A stretch of 61,255 bases of DNA from an uncultured Micavibrio sp. (GTDB lineage Bacteria > Patescibacteriota > Minisyncoccia > Moranbacterales > GCA-2747515), in contig CAYRUU010000001.1 in the NCBI GenBank assembly GCA_964427825.1, positions 1-61,255 on the forward strand, in the 5' to 3' direction. Positions 17,453 to 25,944 of this stretch are shown one piece after another; positions within the stretch are counted from its first letter, which is position 1; every line of letters begins with the position of its first letter. The position numbers were made by a program, and so were the translations under genes. A model generated the notes under the pieces. It had not been told where the DNA came from, searched no databases, and saw nothing but the letters and a program-made list of their open reading frames with translations.

Positions 17453-19564
17453 CTATGCCTTTGGCAGGAGCGCCTTCATAGAAAGGTTGACGCGTCCTTG
17501 ACTGTCAATCTCCTTGACTTTCACGGTAACGGTGTCGCCAAGTTTCACGATATCTTCCACCTTATTAACACGGTGATGCGCTAGTTCACTGATGTGGACC
17601 AGTCCATCCTTACCTGGGAGGATCTGCACAAATGCACCAAACTCCATAATACGCACAACGGCACCTTCAAACACATCACCCGCTACAACATCGCGCGTAA
17701 GGTTGTGTACCATTTTTTGTGCATCATCACCGCTTTGTCCGTCGGCTGCTGTGATAAAGACAGTACCATCGTCTTCAATATCAATACACACACCGGTTTT
17801 GTCAATGATATCGTTGATAACTTTGCCGCCTGGACCGATCACGTCGCGAATCTTGTCCGGATGGATATGCATGGTGATAATGCGTGGCGCATAAGGTGAG
17901 AGGTCACTGTTGGGTTTCGGAATAGTTGCCAACATCTTATCAAGGATATGCATGCGTCCGGTGCGTGCCTGTTCCAGTGTGGCGCGAAACATTTCCGCAG
18001 TAATACCGGACATTTTTACGTCCATTTGTACGGCGGTCACACCCACTTCCGTTCCTGCAACCTTGAGATCCATGTCGCCGTAATGATCCTCAGCGCCTTG
18101 AATGTCAGAGAGGACTGTATAGGTGCCCGATGTGTCACTCATCATGCCCATGGCAATACCACTGACAGGACGTGTAATGGGAACACCGGCATGCATGAGG
18201 GAAAGTGTAGAGCCACACGTTGCCGCCATTGACGACGATCCGTTTGATTCCAGGATTTCCGATACAAGGAGCATAGTGTAGGGAAAAGTATCTTTATCCG
18301 GGAGGACAGGAAGAAGGGCTTTTTCTGCAAGGGCGCCGTGACCAATCTCACGACGGCCGGGTCCACGCATAAAGCGCACTTCGCCAACAGAATATGGTGG
18401 AAAGTTGTAGTGATGAATATAGGCTTTTTTCTTATCAACCTCCATGGTATCAATGATTTGTTGATCGCCGGGAGCGCCAAGTGTTGTGACGGTAAGCGCC
18501 TGCGTTTCTCCGCGTGTGAATAGTGCGGACCCATGCGGGCGCGGCAAGATACCCACTTCACACGTAATCGGACGAATCTCCTCCGGTGTTCGTCCGTCGG
18601 GACGGCGATTGTTGGCAATGATGTTGCGATGCACAATCTCATCACAGACATCGTCAAACACCAAGGAAAAAATATCAGAAAAATACTCCCGCTCATCGTC
18701 TGCAAGTGTTTCTTCCACAGCAGCTTTTGCAACGTCATAAACCTCTGCGGTTTGTGCGGCGATTTCCGCTTTTGTGCCATAGAGGGCATTTTCAATACCA
18801 TGAGACACTAGTAGATCTTTAATGCGACCCTCTAGAGCATCACTGCCCTGCAAGAGCGTTGCTGTCCGTTTTGGTAAACCGACTTCTGCGGCGATGTCAC
18901 GAATGAATCGCGTAATCTCACCAACAGCTTCGTGACCCTTCTCAAAAGCACGTAATACATCCGATTCTGGCACCTCCTTTGCGTCCGCCTCCATCATATT
19001 GATCTTCTCATCCGTGCCGGATAGTGTGAGGTGAAGTGTGCTTTGTTCTTCTTGCACATTTGTTGGGTTGATGACAACTTCCCCATCAATCATGCCCACG
19101 CGCACGGCGCCTACTGGACCGCCCCATGGAATGTCGGAAATTGCCAGGGCAGCGCTTGCAGCAACAATGGACAAAATATCCGGATCGTTTTCACCATCAA
19201 TGGATAGTACGGTAATCACAACCTGCACTTCATTGCGCATGCGCATGTTGAAAAGCGGTCGGATGGTGCGATCCACGGCGCGTCCCGCCAAAACAGCATC
19301 GTCGCTCGGGCGTCCCTCGCGCTTGATGAAGCGGGAGCCTTTGATTTTTCCCGCAGCATAGTAGCGCTCTTCATAGTCCACCATCAACGGAAAGTAGCCC
19401 ATGACACCGCTTTTGTTTTTGCTCATTACAGCGGTGGCGAGGACTTGTGTATCACCGCAGCGAACAAGGACGGCACCATCGGCCTGCTTGGCGACGCGCC
19501 CTGTTTCAATGATAAGATCATGTCCAGCGATGGAGCGCGTCCATGTGCGTAGTGGCGTTGCCAT
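17453..19564 (-). CDS. pnp: polyribonucleotide nucleotidyltransferase (PNPase)
   Basis: 703 aa with two RNase PH domains plus KH and S1 (C-terminal GDVFEGAVVRIMEFGAFVQILPGKDGLVHISEL). Confidence 0.95.
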   Translation of the reverse strand: MATPLRTWTRSIAGHDLIIETGRVAKQADGAVLVRCGDTQVLATAVMSKNKSGVMGYFPLMVDYEERYYAAGKIKGSRFIKREGRPSDDAVLAGRAVDRTIRPLFNMRMRNEVQVVITVLSIDGENDPDILSIVAASAALAISDIPWGGPVGAVRVGMIDGEVVINPTNVQEEQSTLHLTLSGTDEKINMMEADAKEVPESDVLRAFEKGHEAVGEITRFIRDIAAEVGLPKRTATLLQGSDALEGRIKDLLVSHGIENALYGTKAEIAAQTAEVYDVAKAAVEETLADDEREYFSDIFSLVFDDVCDEIVHRNIIANNRRPDGRTPEEIRPITCEVGILPRPHGSALFTRGETQALTVTTLGAPGDQQIIDTMEVDKKKAYIHHYNFPPYSVGEVRFMRGPGRREIGHGALAEKALLPVLPDKDTFPYTMLLVSEILESNGSSSMAATCGSTLSLMHAGVPITRPVSGIAMGMMSDTSGTYTVLSDIQGAEDHYGDMDLKVAGTEVGVTAVQMDVKMSGITAEMFRATLEQARTGRMHILDKMLATIPKPNSDLSPYAPRIITMHIHPDKIRDVIGPGGKVINDIIDKTGVCIDIEDDGTVFITAADGQSGDDAQKMVHNLTRDVVAGDVFEGAVVRIMEFGAFVQILPGKDGLVHISELAHHRVNKVEDIVKLGDTVTVKVKEIDSQGRVNLSMKALLPKA

Positions 19565-19811
19565 AGTGTTGTGCCGCGAACACAGACAGTCTACAAATAT
19601 ACAGACATCGTTCGCATTCCACTAATGCGACGGAGATCTGTATCTTCATAGGGTGGCCATGTGCGGCGGAAATAAAAATTATCTATGATAAAGTATGGCA
19701 TGGATGAGGGTGAAAGTCAATTTTGTGGTATACTGAAAACAATAGATGTGTATGTGGAGGTCATTGTGTGCTACATATGATTGACGATAAGTGCATAGTC
19801 AGGATTGATGT

Positions 19812-20444
19812 ATGATTTCTTTTGAGCGACAGAGTGTTCATAGTAGAGAGAGTGGTCACGAGAGTATGTTTTTACGTACGCTTGAACTTATGGATGCCGC
19901 TATTACTGAACAGTTGCGCTTGCAGGGCGTGAGTGATCTGTCGGACGTCTCTCCCGATGTATTTATAAGGCGTTCACAAGAAGATCTTGCGGCGACGGTA
20001 CCGCGGTACAAGGAAGATGTGGATGTACGTATCAATGCGCATCGCTCTATTGCACGTCTGCAAAACAATATTCAGGGATACTTCTATGCGCTTGCCGTGG
20101 CAATAAAGAATCGCAAAATGCATGAACAGCGCAATCGCAATAAAGAGAATTTTGATGAGTATGCGTCTGCAAAGATGTTGGAGGAGGCAATCATTGCTGC
20201 ATGTGACAATCTTTGTCGCGTGACGTACACACAATTTCATGATGAGATGATTCGCATTGCTGCTGATCACGGCATTGCACAAGATGCTGAGGAATACTTT
20301 ACATGGCGTATTGAACAGAGTGACCAACCACTCATTTTTTCATTAGTACATGATAGTGCTGGGCCGCGCCTCACGGCGTCAGATTTCTATACTAACGCTG
20401 CACGTGATCAATTTCATGCGTGGAAGCGCGCAGAGTCTATGTGA
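19812..20444 (+). CDS. hypothetical protein
   Basis: 210-aa ORF with coding-like composition. No recognised motif. Confidence 0.55.
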   Translation: MISFERQSVHSRESGHESMFLRTLELMDAAITEQLRLQGVSDLSDVSPDVFIRRSQEDLAATVPRYKEDVDVRINAHRSIARLQNNIQGYFYALAVAIKNRKMHEQRNRNKENFDEYASAKMLEEAIIAACDNLCRVTYTQFHDEMIRIAADHGIAQDAEEYFTWRIEQSDQPLIFSLVHDSAGPRLTASDFYTNAARDQFHAWKRAESM

Positions 20445-20773
20445 TGCAGTACATTATGATGACCGACACTATACAAAAACAAAAGATTGCGGATATGATT
20501 TTGGAGCGTGTTGATCTTGGTGACATCACGGAAACCAAAAAATTGTTTCTTTTGGACAAAATCAACACCATTATTACCAAGCGCATCATTGCCGCCTTGA
20601 TTCAGCATGCCCCGGCAGACAAAAAAGATCTTTTCGTGGAAAAAATCAACCAAAATAAAGACCAGCCGGACAAGATTATTCTCTTTATTGACCATTTTAT
20701 CCCCAATGCCGACAGCATTATTGACGCAGAGATCACCAAAGTTTCCGACGAAATCTTGCAAAACCTACACTAA
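20444..20773 (+). CDS. hypothetical small protein
   Basis: The ATG at 20444 overlaps the upstream stop (TGATG), consistent with coupling. The ORF track started it at the GTG at 20420. Confidence 0.5.
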   Translation: MQYIMMTDTIQKQKIADMILERVDLGDITETKKLFLLDKINTIITKRIIAALIQHAPADKKDLFVEKINQNKDQPDKIILFIDHFIPNADSIIDAEITKVSDEILQNLH

Positions 20774-20904
20774 GACGCAATAGCGCTAGTGAGTGTATGA
20801 TGCGACCCCACAAGGACGCTTTTTTTGTATGGGAAAAGGGGTGTTTTGTATAGGAGGTGTCAATGCGAGAAAACCCCCATTTTACAGAAAGAATAGTCAA
20901 GCCA

Positions 20905-20933
20905 TTGACATCGTGACAAAAGTATGCTATAAT
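20905..20933 (+). promoter_or_regulatory. sigma70-type promoter with consensus -35, 17-nt spacer and extended -10
   Basis: TTGACA (20905-20910), 17-nt spacer, TGcTATAAT (20925-20933), ~90 nt upstream of the 3D-domain gene. Confidence 0.7.
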
Positions 20934-21025
20934 AGTCAGTCATGTGGAAAAATCGCATGACCGCGCTATCTGTGTAAAAAGCATACGCAAAGTAGCATAG
21001 GCGCGGTAAATTGTAAGTCTCATAC

Positions 21026-21502
21026 ATGAGATTTATCCATATCGGTATCCTTTTTCTTGTGCTGGGTGTTATGGTGACACGGCCTGCACATGCCGCAGAG
21101 ATTCAAAGAGCGCAGTTCCCTACAATCTATCAGCAAATGACAGAGATGCTCAATATTACACATATTGCGCTTGCGGAGGATGCACCCGTGCAGCCGATTG
21201 CTCGCATGGAAACCCCCATCACCTTCACCATCAATGCATCCGCCTATACGGCCGCTGCTGATGAGTGTGGTAAAAGCGATGGCATCACTGCTTCTGGTGC
21301 AAAAGTCACAGCGTATCGCACACTTGCCTGTCCTCCATCATACACATTTGGTACAAAAATCCACATTGTTGGTATGGGTGACTATATCTGTGAGGATCGC
21401 GGTGGCGCCATCAAAGGCAATAAATTTGATATTTACATGGAAACAAAAAAAGAAGCGTTTGCGTTTGGACGTCGCCAGCTTGAGGCCTATGTCGTCCTAT
21501 AA
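21026..21502 (+). CDS. secreted 3D-domain protein (cell-wall-binding / lytic transglycosylase-like)
   Basis: 158 aa with a signal peptide ending AHA. The C-terminal CEDRGGAIKGNKFDIYM is typical of 3D (Asp-Asp-Asp) domains. Confidence 0.8.
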   Translation: MRFIHIGILFLVLGVMVTRPAHAAEIQRAQFPTIYQQMTEMLNITHIALAEDAPVQPIARMETPITFTINASAYTAAADECGKSDGITASGAKVTAYRTLACPPSYTFGTKIHIVGMGDYICEDRGGAIKGNKFDIYMETKKEAFAFGRRQLEAYVVL

Positions 21503-21530
21503 GTACAATGCGAACCGTTATACAAAAAGC

Positions 21531-21560
21531 AAAAACCACCCCGCCGGGGTGGTTTTTGAT
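21531..21560 (+). terminator. Rho-independent terminator
   Basis: AAAACCACCCCG-CCGGGGTGGTTTTT. Confidence 0.8.
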
Positions 21561-21751
21561 TACTGGAACTGATCCAGTACTTTTTTATGAAAGAAAGTAT
21601 CAGTGTGTGGAGAGTAGCGATGCTTTTTCGCGCTCAACTTACTTCCCACGCCTTATTTATTTCAACGTGATGATTACGTTTTTCGATGGACGTGATGTCT
21701 TGTTCCAATTTTTCCAATGGTGAAACGGTGTTCGTAATGCGGAAAAAATAA

Positions 21752-21839
21752 TGGTGCCCGGGGCGAGACTTGAACTCGCACGAATTATACATTCAAGGAA
21801 TTTTAAGTCCCTCGTGTCTACCAGTTTCACCACCCGGGC
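21752..21839 (-). tRNA. tRNA-Leu (TAA), CCA encoded
   Basis: Acceptor GCCCGGG/CCCGGGC + A + CCA, anticodon loop CTTAAAA, long variable arm, T-loop TTCAAGT. Confidence 0.85.
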
Positions 21840-21868
21840 AAAATAATCGGAGATCACCCCATTTTGTG

Positions 21869-21939
21869 AGGTCGCGCCCGGAATTGAACCGGGGTACAGG
21901 GTTTTGCAGACCCTTGCCTAACCACTCGGCCACGCGACC
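21869..21939 (-). tRNA. tRNA-Cys (GCA)
   Basis: Acceptor GGTCGCG/CGCGACC, anticodon stem-loop GGGT-CTGCAAA-ACCC, T-loop TTCAATT. Confidence 0.85.
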
Positions 21940-21959
21940 ATTGTACAGATGTAAGGATA

Positions 21960-22580
21960 TCAAATTGCGTCTGGATGGTCAATTGTTGTACGCTCTTTTG
22001 TGATGTGAGTGAGAATTTTGGGGATACGCGCAAAGTCGGTAAAAAGCGTAGTGCGAAGCCCTCCGTTGTAGAGTGCTGCGGCGGGATGATAGAGCGCATA
22101 GTAGACACGCGTGTCAAGTCCGTCAATAGTGCGACGAAATGCCTTGCCATGATCGGAGGAAATGTGTCGCCCAGGAACAAAGCGTTCAAGAGCGTGACGT
22201 CCAAGTGGCACAATGAGTAGCGGATCAATGAGCTTTACTTGCTCTTGTAGCCACAACCAGCAGTCCGCTACTTCTTCCGGGAGTGGATCGCGATTGTGTG
22301 GCGGGCGATATTTCACGACATTGGTGATATAGACGTCTTCCCTTTTCAGATCAATGGTGCCGAGGAGCTCACTCAGAAATTTTCCCGCAGCGCCGACAAA
22401 GGGCTCCCCCACCTCATCTTCCTTTGCCCCCGGCGCCTCACCAATAAACATAATGCGCGCATGCGCGCTTCCCTTCCCCGGCACGACATTTGTGGCGGTT
22501 TTTTTGAGTGTGCAGGCGCACATGTCGTGCATGAGTGTGTTGAGTTTTTCAAGCTGCTGCTGTTTGTCTACAGGTGTCAT
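21960..22580 (-). CDS. udg: family 4 uracil-DNA glycosylase
   Basis: 206 aa with the motif GEAPGAKEDEVGEPFVGAAG and a C-terminal HPAAALY. Confidence 0.88.
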   Translation of the reverse strand: MTPVDKQQQLEKLNTLMHDMCACTLKKTATNVVPGKGSAHARIMFIGEAPGAKEDEVGEPFVGAAGKFLSELLGTIDLKREDVYITNVVKYRPPHNRDPLPEEVADCWLWLQEQVKLIDPLLIVPLGRHALERFVPGRHISSDHGKAFRRTIDGLDTRVYYALYHPAAALYNGGLRTTLFTDFARIPKILTHITKERTTIDHPDAI

Positions 22581-22613
22581 AGGGTGTGGTGATGATTGGT
22601 GTGTTGTTGTGTA

Positions 22614-23591
22614 TTATACCACGCGCCACCCGTCGCGTGCATCTGCCTCAATGCGTCCGGGTATGCTGAATCCGCTTGCCAAGGGGTGTCCACCACCTCC
22701 TAGGCGGTGTGCAATTGCTGATACGTCAATATTGGCGTGTTTTTCGGCGCGCAAACTGCCTTTAATCATATCTTTTCCTGATTGATAGATGATGAGCGCT
22801 GCTTTGACGGAAGGCACGGTCGTCAGCATGGATGCAATATTGGAAATTTCTGCGCTGTTGATACTATAATTTTCTCCATCTTCTTGTGTGATGGCGGTAA
22901 CGGCAAGCCCACTCTCTTTGTAAAAGCGGGTTCTTTCCAAAGCTTTTCCCCACAAATTCAGTGTTTCAATCTTGCGATTGGCAAAGAGCGTGGAGATGAT
23001 TTTGGTAATGGAGGCGCCCTTACGGATCAGATCTGAAGAGATGTGGAGGATATCCGCCGTCGTGTTGGCATGTTGAAATGCTCCCGTATCACCAATGATG
23101 CCGCCCAAAAGTGCATGCGCAACACTTTTGGTGAGCGGGTGCCCAGTATGGACGAAAAAATTATAGAGCACCTCGCAGGTTGCCGCATATCCCCCATCCA
23201 CAATACGCACATCGGCTTCTAGCGTAATGTCGTGATGATGATCAATGATAATGGTCACACAGTCATCGCGCAGCTGCGGGAGGATTTTCTCAAATCCGCG
23301 TTCCACACTATCACATCCGATGGCAACATCAAACACCGAAAGCTCCAGATCATCAGGATGTATAAAGGGTATGTGGGGATTGATCACCACTAAGCTGTCC
23401 GGCATGCGATCAAAGCACGCAACAGTCACTTTTTTGTGATAATGTTGCACGATAAAATCATGCAGCGCTGTTGCGGATCCCACAGCGTCAAGATCTGGAT
23501 GCACGTGTGGCATGATGACAACGCGTTTTGCATTGCGTAGTACATAGTCCACTGTGGAAAATTCTTTGAAAAAAAGGTTTTTGGACGGCAT
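22614..23591 (-). CDS. nrnA: DHH/DHHA1 phosphoesterase (NrnA-like oligoribonuclease/pAp phosphatase)
   Basis: 325 aa with HVHPDLDAVGS, IIIDHHHD and GGGGHPLASG. Confidence 0.85.
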   Translation of the reverse strand: MPSKNLFFKEFSTVDYVLRNAKRVVIMPHVHPDLDAVGSATALHDFIVQHYHKKVTVACFDRMPDSLVVINPHIPFIHPDDLELSVFDVAIGCDSVERGFEKILPQLRDDCVTIIIDHHHDITLEADVRIVDGGYAATCEVLYNFFVHTGHPLTKSVAHALLGGIIGDTGAFQHANTTADILHISSDLIRKGASITKIISTLFANRKIETLNLWGKALERTRFYKESGLAVTAITQEDGENYSINSAEISNIASMLTTVPSVKAALIIYQSGKDMIKGSLRAEKHANIDVSAIAHRLGGGGHPLASGFSIPGRIEADARDGWRVV

Positions 23592-23627
23592 AAGACAACA
23601 GAAACAGTGTTTTTAGGAAAAAGATTT

Positions 23628-23969
23628 TTAGGTATGATCACCATCGGACTGCAGTAAGCGGTCAATCGCATCCACCTCATCACCGCGCGGGTCATGGACA
23701 AAGGATAATTGCGGTACAATGCGTACGGGCATTGCCTTGTGGAGATGTTTTTGCAGAGTGCTGCGCTCGTGTTCCAGTGTCGCCATGGCATAGTGGAGCT
23801 CTTTTTGCGGAAAGATACGCACGAACACGCGAGTATACCGCATGTCATCGCTCGTGTCAACTTTTGAAATTGTCACAAAAACACCGGGCTTGAAACTGAC
23901 TTCCCGTGTGATGATTGCTGACAATTCTTTTTCAACAGCGGCATTGACTTTGCGGATGCGGTCGCTCAT
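23628..23969 (-). CDS. rbfA: ribosome-binding factor A
   Basis: 113 aa with RIRKVNAAVEKELSAII...VTISKVDTSDDMRYTRVFV. Confidence 0.85.
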   Translation of the reverse strand: MSDRIRKVNAAVEKELSAIITREVSFKPGVFVTISKVDTSDDMRYTRVFVRIFPQKELHYAMATLEHERSTLQKHLHKAMPVRIVPQLSFVHDPRGDEVDAIDRLLQSDGDHT

Positions 23970-23998
23970 AAAATAGTGTATTAATCAATAAAAATATG

Positions 23999-24070
23999 TG
24001 CCCTTGGGAAGAATCGAACTTCCATCTAATCCTTAGGAGTGATTTGTTCTATCCATTGAACTACAAGGGC
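23999..24070 (-). tRNA. tRNA-Arg (CCT)
   Basis: Acceptor GCCCTTG/CAAGGGC, anticodon loop CTCCTAA (A:G mismatch at 31:39), T-arm GGAAG-TTCGATT-CTTCC. Confidence 0.8.
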
Positions 24071-24474
24071 ATGCAGGGGCGTCTTCCTCCCATTGTAGCG
24101 GTTTTTGGGAGATTTTCAACTGGTAGAGAATTTATTAAAATATATTATAAACAATATGTCAAGTTTATACTTCCCTACGGCAACAATTGTTCCACGTGGA
24201 ACAAGGCCAGGCGGCTTGCAGTGCTCTTTTGATGCAAAAAATATTAGTAAAATGTTCCACGTAGAACAATGTATACTAGCCTTACTCTGTGGGATCTCAA
24301 TTTTTATTATGGGCAAGAATTATTTTGGAAGATTTTTGCGTCAAAGAGGTATTTTTTAATGTTCCACATGGAACATTAAGGCATAGCACAGATATTTTCT
24401 CGTAAAAGATCACAAAACATAGTTCGTAATACGCTGCTATGATTGTTCCACGTGGAACAGTGGACTCCTTTCAC

Positions 24475-24567
24475 AATATTCATACCATGCCGAGCTTGTT
24501 TCGGCATTCCTGTTATAACGTGAATTCCGGAGCACATCCTGAGTGATACAGTATTTTTACACAAAAC
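24475..24567 (+). repeat. copy A of a ~100-nt interspersed element inside the palindrome array
   Basis: Aligns with copies B and C. Shared blocks are ATTCATAyCAT.., GTTTC.GG.A and TCCGGA.CACATC..GA.TGA..C..TATT.TTACrCA.AA. Starts 16 nt after the palindrome at 24444. Confidence 0.6.
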
Positions 24568-25254
24568 TGAAGTAGTATTTAATATACTTTTCATCCTTAT
24601 CTCACGTGGAACAATTGAAAGGTCAAAACATGATACACTGCAGTTTTTTGTAAGTTTAATCCTATATTTTGCCAATGTAGTAGATCATATAAGGAAAAAT
24701 CATACAAAAAAATGTACAAATAGGCTTTTTGATAAGAGCTAACCTTAGCGTACTACAACTGTTCCACGTGGAACACGAAAAATGCTTATTTTGTGATTTT
24801 TTGATAAATGCTGTAAAAATGTTCCACGTGGAACAAAAACAGGTAACGTACTATGCTTTTTTGATGAAAAGATACCATTAAATTGTTCCACGTGGAACAA
24901 TTGGCAAAAAACACTTCTATAAACGACATTTTTAATACCCTAGATGATTCAAAGAGGGTTGTTATGCTTTTTGTATGCGACCAGATACCGCCCCCATGTT
25001 CCATGTGGAACATGGGAAAAGTAGGCGTTTTTTAAGATGTTTATTTGTAGATCTCTTAAATAAAAACCTCAATTGTTCCACGTGGAACAAAAACAGGTGT
25101 TATATTATGCAATTTTGATTCGAAAATACCCCTAAAATGTTCCACATGGAACATTTTAGGGGTTATTATGGTAGAAATGATCGTATATTTATTATAAAAT
25201 GCCAAAATAGATGTCTCTGGCGATGTTCCACGTGGAGCATCGCGTCTGTTTAAT

Positions 25255-25356
25255 CATATTCATATCATACTGAACGTTTCTGGGCAGTTTTTCCGGTGGT
25301 ATAAAGCCTGAATTTCGAACCATATACTGGAATGATGCAATATTCTTACGCACAAC
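25255..25356 (+). repeat. copy B of the ~100-nt interspersed element
   Basis: Starts 16 nt after the palindrome at 25224, in the same orientation as A and C. Confidence 0.6.
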
Positions 25357-25570
25357 CATAGAAACAAAGGAAAAAAGAAGTATTTATATTATGTAGATAT
25401 TCCTGTTTCTGCGAAAAGTTCCACGTGGAACAATGTGGTATGGAATATTTATATGGGAGCTGTTTTTAATGAGGGATTTTTGTTGGAGTGATATAGTTTT
25501 TTATGAGGAATATTTTATGTGCAGAATTATTGTTCCACGTGGAACAATGTGGTCGTCCAATAGTATTTAG

Positions 25571-25666
25571 CGATGTCACACTGAATATGTTTCGGTATCT
25601 CCTTAATATAGTGAGAGTATGGACTCCGGATCACATCTAGAATGACGCGATATTATTACGCAAAAT
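25571..25666 (+). repeat. copy C of the ~100-nt interspersed element
   Basis: Starts 25 nt after the palindrome at 25531, in the same orientation as A and B. Confidence 0.6.
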
Positions 25667-25803
25667 TGTATTATATTGTGCTGCCCGTCTTTGTTCCACA
25701 TGGAACATTAGGTATCTTAGGAAAGCAGTGGTGTGTTTTTTGACGTCCTGAAAGACACGAGAGAAGCAAGAAAAACGCTCTTGTGGTACGATATACTATA
25801 AAA

Positions 25804-25819
25804 CCACAATATATAGTAT
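25804..25819. promoter_or_regulatory. NrdR-box-like AT-rich palindrome upstream of nrdD
   Basis: CCACAATATATAGTAT matches about 14/16 of the NrdR box pattern acaCwAtATaTwGtgt as I recall it. It lies ~30 nt upstream of the predicted -35. Confidence 0.3.
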
Positions 25820-25847
25820 GTTTGTATATCCTGTGGATAGGTGCGTC

Positions 25848-25876
25848 TTGCACAGGTTTTGTGGAGGTGCTACAAT
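25848..25876 (+). promoter_or_regulatory. probable nrdD promoter (extended -10)
   Basis: TTGCAC, 17-nt spacer, TGcTACAAT, 69 nt upstream of the nrdD ATG. Confidence 0.6.
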
Positions 25877-25944
25877 GAAAATGTTCAAAAGTTGAAAAGG
25901 GGTAAGATCTATTTCTTGCTTTTTTCTTTTACGCAAAAACCCAT

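Larger units (their letters stand above)
24188..25707. repeat. array of 15 copies of the 16-bp palindrome TGTTCCACGTGGAACA (parS-like), irregular 60-193-bp spacing
   Basis: Exact copies start at 24188, 24444, 24760, 24820, 24884, 25074 and 25531. One-mismatch copies start at 24253, 24360, 24997, 25138, 25224, 25417 and 25692. A degenerate half-site lies at 24598-24613. No credible ORF between tRNA-Arg and nrdD. Confidence 0.9.

Noticed and set aside
20934-21025. c-di-AMP (ydaO) riboswitch in the leader of the 3D-domain gene
   Set aside because: The leader is only ~90 nt, and I could not see the conserved ydaO core motifs as I recall them. Only two simple hairpins are present.
24188-25707. 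CRISPR array
   Set aside because: The repeat is only 16 bp and fully palindromic. Spacing is irregular (60-193 bp). The 'spacers' are homologous to each other. No cas genes or leader are present.
23996-25853. ORFs 23996-24232, 24105-24359, 24116-24316, 24376-24675, 24786-25013 and 25671-25853 as genes
   Set aside because: They are short and overlapping, on both strands. Their recurring peptides (VPRGT, CSTWN, FHVEH) are simply translations of the palindrome.
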